64,000 bases of DNA from Minisyncoccota bacterium (GTDB taxonomy: Bacteria > Patescibacteriota > Minisyncoccia > Phycocordibacterales > UBA918): contig JAIPIB010000004.1 of assembly GCA_021734905.1 (NCBI GenBank), positions 6,743 to 70,742 of the forward strand, read 5' to 3'. Shown one piece after another: positions 58,001 to 64,000 of the stretch (its first letter is position 1; each line of letters begins with the position of its first letter). Under the pieces are notes generated by a model. It saw only the letters and a list, made by a program, of their open reading frames with translations, was not told where the DNA came from and searched no databases. A program made the translations under genes and the position numbers.

Positions 58001-58612
58001 ATGGCTTCAGAAGAACAAAAGAAGACAAAAAGGAAAACAGGGACTGACTCCATCGTGGAAGGGCACGAGGAGCGTTTTTTGAAAGCATTTGACGAGTATT
58101 CTGATGCACTGTTTCGTCATGCAATATACAGACTTTCTGATCGCGAAAGAGCGATTGAGATTGTCCACGACACCTTCACAAAGGTGTGGAGCTATTTACG
58201 CTCTGGGCATGAAGTCGATACATACAAGCCATTTTTATATAAGGTCATCAACAATCTTATTATCGATGAATATCGAAGGAGAAAAGAACTTTCTCTCGAT
58301 TCGATACTGGCTGAAGAAGGTGTCGATGAAGGTTCATTTCCTGAACTGTATGAAGGGGGAATCGAGGAACTTACGTTTATGCTCGATGCAAAGAAAGCAA
58401 GCTTGCTCATTTGCGAATTACCCATCGTATACCGAGAAGTCCTCACGCTTCGGTTTGTTGACGGACTTGGACCAAAGGAGATAAGTGAACTCACCGAAGA
58501 AACAGAGAATGTCGTCTCTGTCCGCATCCACCGAGCTCTCAAGATCCTCAAGGGCCTTATTCAGAAGAATGAGGAAGAGGCAGAGACAAAACGCTTAAAT
58601 ACAACACTATGA
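58001..58612 (+). CDS. ECF-type sigma-70 family RNA polymerase sigma factor
   Basis: Region 2 (FDEYSDALFRHAIYRL...NNLIIDEYRRR) and region 4 (VLTLRFVDGLGPKEISELTEETENVVSVRIHRALKIL). The start is taken at MASEEQKK. Confidence 0.75.
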   Translation: MASEEQKKTKRKTGTDSIVEGHEERFLKAFDEYSDALFRHAIYRLSDRERAIEIVHDTFTKVWSYLRSGHEVDTYKPFLYKVINNLIIDEYRRRKELSLDSILAEEGVDEGSFPELYEGGIEELTFMLDAKKASLLICELPIVYREVLTLRFVDGLGPKEISELTEETENVVSVRIHRALKILKGLIQKNEEEAETKRLNTTL

Positions 58613-59961
58613 AATCTTTTGAAAACGACTTAAAAAAATACGCAGAAAAAATACATCTTAAAGTCTCAGAGAGACGGGAGCTTCGTGAGCGTGTTTTGTC
58701 GTACATGGAATATCACCCACTTCCAAAGCAAACACATACTATTGAGAAGCACGCGCAAGGGATTCTCTCAGAGTCTTTTGTTATGTTTCATTTTAATACA
58801 AAGTACATGCGTATAGCTGGAGGCTTTTTCGCTCTGGTATTGATCGTCGCTCCTTTTGTTGCCGAGAAGTCTGTTCCGGGTGACGCTCTCTATCTTGTTA
58901 AGACAGGTTTTAATGAAACCATTCAAGAGCAGTTTGCTAATTCTCCATATAAGAAGATTGAGTTTGAAACAAAACTTATGGAGCGACGTATTGCAGAAGC
59001 GAGAGTCCTTGCAAGCGAAGGAAAACTTACTCAAGAAGTTACGACCCAGCTCGCAGCAACAGTGAAAGAGCACACGGATGCAGTACAAACTGGCCTTGCT
59101 GAACTCCGTACTCAAGACGCTGACGGTGCCGCAATTGCAGAAATTGCTTTCAATTCGTCACTGGAGGTTCAGTCAGCAGTTCTTGGAGCAAATGAAAGTA
59201 CAAATAGCACGTCATCAATTGATTCGATTCTTACTGTCGTGAATGATGCTCGTGATGTGGTTGTCTTGAATCAAGGATCGGTACCGTCATTTGAGGGACT
59301 AAGTGCTCGTGTAGAAATCGAGACGACACGTGCTTATGAATTATTGAAGACTATACGACTGACAGCTACACCTGAAGAGATTGTTGATATTGAGCGTCGA
59401 CTTTCAGACGGCGATAGGCTTTTATTTGAGGCAAAAGAGCGATATTTAACAGAACCTGATCGTGCAATAGAGGATCTTGCAGCAACGCTGAAGCTCTACC
59501 AAAAACTCATTGTTTTCATGGCTGATATAAATATTCAAAAGACTGTTTCGTTGGAATCTATCGTTCCGGTAGTCTTAAGTTACGAAGAGAGGGTCACTAC
59601 AGTGAACGCCGAAATTCAGAAAATTGGTGAGGTTGCCACAACAGTTGTACAACGTCTTGAGTTAATTGATGATAAAGGAGTTCAAGAAAAGGTGGAGAGT
59701 GGAGTTTCTCGAGTCTATGAATTGCTTGGTCAAGCAGCGGCAGCGATTGAGATTAAGGAAGTAAAGAATGCTGAAAGTAGTATTGGTGAAGCACGAGCAC
59801 TTGTTACAGATTTGAATACGATGACAGTGTTTTCGAAAGAATCTGAAGATAATGACTTGATTCCTGCGGATGGGGGAAAGGACACTGAAGAGAAGACGTC
59901 TAGCGAGCAAAGTTTGATCAACAAAGCCTCAAGTACAAAAAGTATAGAACCACTATCTTAA
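58609..59961 (+). CDS. Putative anti-sigma factor (cytoplasmic N-domain, one TM, large extracytoplasmic domain)
   Basis: Start overlaps the sigma gene stop by 4 bp (ATGA). N-terminal ~60 aa, then TM (IAGGFFALVLIVAPFV), then a ~350 aa alpha-helical extracytoplasmic domain. Confidence 0.45.
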   Translation: MKSFENDLKKYAEKIHLKVSERRELRERVLSYMEYHPLPKQTHTIEKHAQGILSESFVMFHFNTKYMRIAGGFFALVLIVAPFVAEKSVPGDALYLVKTGFNETIQEQFANSPYKKIEFETKLMERRIAEARVLASEGKLTQEVTTQLAATVKEHTDAVQTGLAELRTQDADGAAIAEIAFNSSLEVQSAVLGANESTNSTSSIDSILTVVNDARDVVVLNQGSVPSFEGLSARVEIETTRAYELLKTIRLTATPEEIVDIERRLSDGDRLLFEAKERYLTEPDRAIEDLAATLKLYQKLIVFMADINIQKTVSLESIVPVVLSYEERVTTVNAEIQKIGEVATTVVQRLELIDDKGVQEKVESGVSRVYELLGQAAAAIEIKEVKNAESSIGEARALVTDLNTMTVFSKESEDNDLIPADGGKDTEEKTSSEQSLINKASSTKSIEPLS

Positions 59962-59972
59962 AAAGTATACGT

Positions 59973-60010
59973 AAAAAGCACAGTTGGACTTTTGTCAATT
60001 GTGCTTTTTA
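59973..60010. terminator. Bidirectional intrinsic terminator between the anti-sigma gene and the protease gene
   Basis: Stem AAAAGCACAGTTG / CAATTGTGCTTTTT. Confidence 0.55.
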
Positions 60011-60029
60011 CGTATTGCAGAAAAATTTA

Positions 60030-61193
60030 TTATTGATTACCTGCATCAAGTTCTTCTTCGAGAAGGCCAGCAAGAAAGGGCACCATTGCAATTTTGAAGA
60101 TATTTCCTCGAAGGGCAGGATCACCTTGCATGTTTTGGAAAAGTGAAAAACCAGTTTCTTCAATAATAGTCCTATCAACATATGAAAGTGTAATTGCGCG
60201 GAGACTGTGTTCACCTTCCGTTCTCTCATCTCCTTTTGTTGCAATGAGTCCAATGACGTTATGAGTATCTCTTGTCACAATAGGGCCTCCTGAAGCACCC
60301 TGCTCTCCTACAGGCGACTCTGAGATAGAGAATATGTCTGCATAGTTACTTCCAAAAGTATAGAGAGTGCCGATTGTTGTTGGAGCAAGTACAGGGAAGA
60401 TTTTTGTATCTGCACCGTTCCGTATGAGTGCTTCGGCAGGATAACCCGCCGTAACGACAGAGGATCCACTCATTGCGCGAGAAAGTAAGGCAACATCAAT
60501 TTGGATTGAAGGGAACCTGGCGGGCAGAGGTGCTGAGTCGATGGATTTTGAAACATATAACAGAGCATAATCCCGTTCGCCAGTACCTCGTGGAGTTTCG
60601 CTTGTAATTAGGTTTGCGTTTTCAAATATCCATGTTGGAGAAATATACAGAAGCTCTGCTTTATATTTCGGAGACGCTGGATTACCAGATCGTATTACGC
60701 AGTCAATGTTTTTTGTAGAACCCTGTGCATCTTTAAGAAGTAAAAATTGTGCGACGTGAGCATTTGTAAGAATGATGCCCTTTTGGTTAATAAAAAAACC
60801 AGTACCAGTAGTTGTCCTGATATATTTGTCTGTTTTATATTGGCAGTAGATATTTACAAGGGCGTTAGTTATCTTTGTATCAAGAGGGACGTTGTTGTCC
60901 TGTGTGGATGCGTCCTCAGTGTCTGTGCTCGCAATTACTGCTGCTTTTTGGAACCCTACGTGCTCAAGAAGAATTCGAGGGATAGCTCCAGTAGGTGTGA
61001 CGCTTCTTTCCTGACCGGCATTTGAAATTTTTGTGAGAGGGGTATCCTCGATATGTGTAGCAACCTCTTTTGAATTTGAAACTTGTTCGGGCAGGAGTAA
61101 TGACTCAATGTGCCCTGAGAGAGAGTTTGTAAAAGCAAGATATCCAACAAGGATGCTTGTGACAATGTTTCCAATAAAGGTTAGAAATACCAT
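60030..61193 (-). CDS. Trypsin-like (S1 family) serine protease, membrane anchored
   Basis: Catalytic triad context: His (ILTNAHVA), Asp (DYALL) and Ser (GASGGP). N-terminal TM; no PDZ domain evident. Confidence 0.7.
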   Translation of the reverse strand: MVFLTFIGNIVTSILVGYLAFTNSLSGHIESLLLPEQVSNSKEVATHIEDTPLTKISNAGQERSVTPTGAIPRILLEHVGFQKAAVIASTDTEDASTQDNNVPLDTKITNALVNIYCQYKTDKYIRTTTGTGFFINQKGIILTNAHVAQFLLLKDAQGSTKNIDCVIRSGNPASPKYKAELLYISPTWIFENANLITSETPRGTGERDYALLYVSKSIDSAPLPARFPSIQIDVALLSRAMSGSSVVTAGYPAEALIRNGADTKIFPVLAPTTIGTLYTFGSNYADIFSISESPVGEQGASGGPIVTRDTHNVIGLIATKGDERTEGEHSLRAITLSYVDRTIIEETGFSLFQNMQGDPALRGNIFKIAMVPFLAGLLEEELDAGNQ

Positions 61194-61303
61194 GTTGTCA
61201 TTGATTGTATCATGGGGTTTAAAGTGGGAACTGTTTATGCTAGAATCATCCGGGATAAGTGTGTGATGGTTGTGGCGACTATTTCACTGTATCTTCTTCA
61301 CTC

Positions 61304-61374
61304 GCGGGTGTAGTTTAGTGGTAAAACGACTGCCTTCCAAGCAGTAGTTGGGGGTTCGATTCCTCTCGCCCGCA
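61304..61374 (+). tRNA. tRNA-Gly (anticodon TCC)
   Basis: Manual cloverleaf: acceptor GCGGGTG/CGCCCGC, anticodon stem ACTGC/GCAGT with loop CTTCCAA, T-arm GGGGG-TTCGATT-CCTCT, discriminator A. Confidence 0.85.
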
Positions 61375-61553
61375 CATTTGAAAGACCGCCTTAGGGCGGT
61401 TTTTCAGTGTGCGGGCGAAGCAACCTGCTGGGAGCAGGTTGCGCGAGGAATCGAAAAGGTTGTCAGATATTTTAGGAACGAAGTAAACTAAAATATCGAC
61501 AACCTGTACTGACCATGTAATGGTCGATTCCTCTCGCCCGCACAAACTGTAAG
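61375..61553 (+). repeat. tRNA-linked structured repeat unit at tRNA-Gly(TCC), same family as the tRNA-Arg units
   Basis: Terminator hairpin (GACCGCC/GGCGGT plus T5). Antisense tRNA 3' half (TGTGCGGGCGA...GAGGAATCGAAA) split by a 9-bp hairpin. Core AGGTTGTC...GACAACCT enclosing GATATTTTA/TAAAATATC. Then GTACTGA and an exact sense copy of the tRNA 3' end (TCGATTCCTCTCGCCCGCACA) at 61533-61553. Confidence 0.8.
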
Positions 61554-61819
61554 ACTCAAAAATTAGATGTACTTTCAGCAATTTGATTGCAATATAAAAA
61601 CCCCTCACAAGGGGGTTTTTATAGTGGTGGGAACTAATGGATGTATACCCATCGTCTCCTTGATAGCGTTACTTGGTGTACATGTACCAAGTTAATACCT
61701 CCGCTATAAATACATGATAACATTTTTTTAATAAAAACAAATATGGGGATAAAGTTTTATGTGTCTGAAATATAAAATCCCCGCAGGCATAAGCCTGCGG
61801 GGATTTTAAAAGGAGAAGA

Positions 61820-62092
61820 TTATTTCACTGCATCCTTAAGTGCCTTTGCTGCGCGGAACTTTGGTACACGCATTGCTGGAATATCAATAGACTCACCAGT
61901 ACGTGGGTTACGTCCTGTGCGAGCATTTCGAGTCTTCGATGAGAAGATACCAAGCCCAGCGATTGATACTTCATTTCCTTTCTTCAAGGAATCAACGATA
62001 CAATCGATTGATGTTTCTACTGCTCGTTCTGCGTCTGCACGAGTTCCACCTACTGTCTCGTGTACTTTGTCAATTATGTCTGCCTTATTCAT
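61820..62092 (-). CDS. hup: HU/IHF-family DNA-binding protein
   Basis: Starts at MNKADIIDKV. It has the HU arm motif (RNARTGRNPRTGE) and ends with KFRAAKALKDAV. Confidence 0.85.
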   Translation of the reverse strand: MNKADIIDKVHETVGGTRADAERAVETSIDCIVDSLKKGNEVSIAGLGIFSSKTRNARTGRNPRTGESIDIPAMRVPKFRAAKALKDAVK

Positions 62093-62229
62093 AGTGTATG
62101 AAATTGTAACTAGTGGCGTATAATAATTTGTGCGATGCACTTGATGCCATAATGTGGCTACAAACAATTATATAGTACGGTTTCAGTTGTGCAATACACT
62201 ACCGCACTATAATATTGTGTGGTGTAATA

Positions 62230-63753
62230 TTATCTCGCGTATTCAATTGCCCTTGATTCTCGTATCACATTCACTTTAATTTCCCCAGGATAGCGAAGTT
62301 TTTCCTCAATATCAGTCGCAATACTTCGTGCAAGACTGAGTGCTTCGAGGTCAGTGATTTTTTCAGGGTTTACAATAACGCGTACTTCACGGCCTGCTTG
62401 AATTGCAAATGCCTTCTCTACGCCAGGCATAGAGGTTGCGATTTCTTCGAGTTCAGCAAGTCTTTTTATATAGTTTTCAATTGAATCACGTCGTGCTCCA
62501 GGCCGTCCTCCAGATATCGCGTCAGCAACTTGTACAATGATCGATTCAAGAGTGTCGAAAGGATATTCTTCGTGGTGGGCACGCATTGCAATGATAACTT
62601 TCTCATCAACCTCATATTTCTGAAGGATACGAATACCAATCTCTACATGGGTTCCTTGAACTTCCTGACTTACTGTTTTCCCAATGTCATGAAGAAGTGC
62701 ACCAGCACGAGCGACAGCGACATCTGCTCCTACTTCCTCAGCAATAATGGCTGCTATGTGTGCCATTTCGACTGAATGCCAGAGAACGTTCTGGCCGTAA
62801 CTGGTACGGAAATGAAGACGTCCGAGGATTTTTACAAGGTCGGGGTGAAGGTTTGAGACACCAGCTTCGTATGCTGCCTTCTCACCCATCTTGCGGACAA
62901 TGGTACCAACTTCACCCCGAGCTTTCTCAACAACCTCCTCGATTTTTGCTGGCTGGATTCTTCCATCAGCAAGAAGACTCTCAAGTGCTACGCGTGCAAT
63001 CTCGCGGCGTACTGGATCAAATGATGAAAGGGTAATGTGCCCAGGAACATCATCAATGAGTACATCAACGCCAGTCGCTCGTTCAAAAGCTCTCACATTA
63101 CGACCTTCCTTACCAATAATTTTACCCTTCATGTCGTCACTCGGTAGCTCAATGGTTGAGCTCATGATGTCGACACGGAGTGTGTTTCCGATACGGTGAA
63201 TTGCAGACGTAATTATATTACGAGCCTGTTCATCAAATTGTTCGTCACCACGCACTTGAAGCTTTTGGAGCCGTGCAAGAATATCTGACTCACGTTCTTT
63301 TTCAACAACCGTAACGAGTTTCTCGTAGGCTTCTTCTTTTGAAAGTCCAGAAATAGCCTCAATTTTTGCATTGATCTCTGTTTCATGTCCGTCAAGACGC
63401 GTCTTGATTTCTTTGATCTGATCTATTTTTTCACGAACTGACTCGATTTGTGAGTCGACGTCTATTTGACGTTTGTCGAGAAGCTCTTCTTTGCGAATAA
63501 ATCGTTCTTCGGTTTTAGCTAGTTTTTCTTCCTGTTCTTTAAACTCTTGCTTCTTTTCTTTTTCTAGCGCTTCGACTTTTGCTTCAGCTTTTTCAATTAT
63601 CTTAAGGGCTTTTCCTTCCGCATCAATAACACGTTCTTTAATCGAGATTTCAAGTGATTCTTTCTGACTAATTGCGTGTATGTACCTGAGATAATATCCT
63701 AAAGCAATGCCGAGTACTCCTGCGCCAAGGAATATAAGTATTGTGGCTGGCAT
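62230..63753 (-). CDS. rny: Ribonuclease Y
   Basis: N-terminal TM, long coiled coil, KH domain (GKIIGKEGRNVRAFE) and HD domain (HDIGK). The start is taken at MPATILIFLGAG. Confidence 0.85.
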   Translation of the reverse strand: MPATILIFLGAGVLGIALGYYLRYIHAISQKESLEISIKERVIDAEGKALKIIEKAEAKVEALEKEKKQEFKEQEEKLAKTEERFIRKEELLDKRQIDVDSQIESVREKIDQIKEIKTRLDGHETEINAKIEAISGLSKEEAYEKLVTVVEKERESDILARLQKLQVRGDEQFDEQARNIITSAIHRIGNTLRVDIMSSTIELPSDDMKGKIIGKEGRNVRAFERATGVDVLIDDVPGHITLSSFDPVRREIARVALESLLADGRIQPAKIEEVVEKARGEVGTIVRKMGEKAAYEAGVSNLHPDLVKILGRLHFRTSYGQNVLWHSVEMAHIAAIIAEEVGADVAVARAGALLHDIGKTVSQEVQGTHVEIGIRILQKYEVDEKVIIAMRAHHEEYPFDTLESIIVQVADAISGGRPGARRDSIENYIKRLAELEEIATSMPGVEKAFAIQAGREVRVIVNPEKITDLEALSLARSIATDIEEKLRYPGEIKVNVIRESRAIEYAR

Positions 63754-63881
63754 ACTGGATATGCGACGGTGGATATGTCTGTGTCGTGAACTGACCCCAT
63801 CCAACCATCTGGGTTATGTTTATTCAATAATCGACACTCTCACAGTAACAGAAGAAATGATGAGTGTCGAATAAAATACAC

Positions 63882-63927
63882 AAAACCGTCAGACCTCTGG
63901 TCTGACGGTTTTAGGTGTTGGTTTTTT
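63882..63927. terminator. Intrinsic terminator after clpP
   Basis: Stem AAACCGTCAGACC / GGTCTGACGGTTT with loop TCTG and a T-run. Confidence 0.55.
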
Positions 63928-64000
63928 ACTTAAGGATCGTATCCACTAGACCGTAACGTTTGGCTTCGTCGGCCGACATGAAGAAATCGCGGTCAGTATC
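63926..64000 (-). CDS. clpP: ATP-dependent Clp protease proteolytic subunit, 3' end only (truncated by the window edge)
   Basis: The minus-strand translation ...DTDRDFFMSADEAKRYGLVDTILK* matches the conserved ClpP C-terminus. Confidence 0.6.
   Translation of the reverse strand, partial: DTDRDFFMSADEAKRYGLVDTILK

Noticed and set aside
1-64000. Possible alternative genetic code (UGA recoding, as in some CPR lineages)
   Set aside because: Long housekeeping ORFs (dnaA, uvrD, pnp, rny, comM) are intact under the standard code with no in-frame TGA, so code 11 is adequate.
1-64000. CRISPR arrays and rRNA genes
   Set aside because: No regularly spaced direct repeats with unique spacers were seen, and no 16S/23S/5S-like conserved segments. 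The repeats present are irregular palindromes or tRNA-linked units.

Overview
This 64 kb window comes from a low-GC bacterial chromosome with many short genes. The standard genetic code applies, since long ORFs such as dnaA, uvrD and pnp are intact with no TGA interruptions. The gene content resembles a reduced Patescibacteria/CPR-like genome, but that is inference only.

The window starts at the replication-origin neighbourhood: dnaN and dnaA on the minus strand, diverging from rpmH-rnpA-yidC on the plus strand. The dnaA-dnaN spacer is AT-rich and carries DnaA-box-like sequences.

From 4.6 to 16.3 kb there is a minus-strand operon of secreted and membrane proteins built around a VirB4-like ATPase. 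It looks like a minimal type IV secretion / pilus-like system:
- the VirB4 homologue is split into an N-terminal ORF and an ATPase ORF;
- a VirB3-like small membrane protein sits just upstream;
- a VirB6-like polytopic membrane protein is present;
- there is a VirB2/TrbC-like pilin fused to a Cys-rich C-terminal domain;
- no relaxase or coupling protein is visible.

Housekeeping genes follow: rsmA, uvrD/pcrA, a LysM-M23 peptidase, comM/yifB, a dksA/traR-like gene, pnp, a NYN-domain gene, rpsO, xerC/D, thrC (compositionally GC-rich), a cupredoxin, an ABC-F ATPase, xth and cca.

The most unusual feature is at the four tRNA genes (Arg-TCG, Gly-GCC, Pro-TGG, Gly-TCC). Each is followed or flanked by copies of its own 3' or 5' half, set in hairpin-rich repeat units. 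Two loci share a conserved structured core with compensatory base changes. At tRNA-Arg, two 136-bp copies of the unit bracket a 1.85 kb cargo encoding an AbiL-like pair (AAA_21 ATPase plus DUF4276/TOPRIM-like protein).

The surrounding 40-49 kb region is accessory-like. It carries an SLT-domain secreted protein, a nucleoside-deoxyribosyltransferase-like protein, an HTH protein, a YraN-like gene saturated with 14-bp palindromes, a frameshifted hydrolase pseudogene, and NUDIX and LRR proteins.

The 52.7-58 kb region holds two orphan CheY-like receiver proteins and small ORFs preceded by a repeated leader motif, then an ECF sigma / anti-sigma pair. The window ends with a tRNA-Gly and its repeat unit, HU, RNase Y and the 3' end of clpP.
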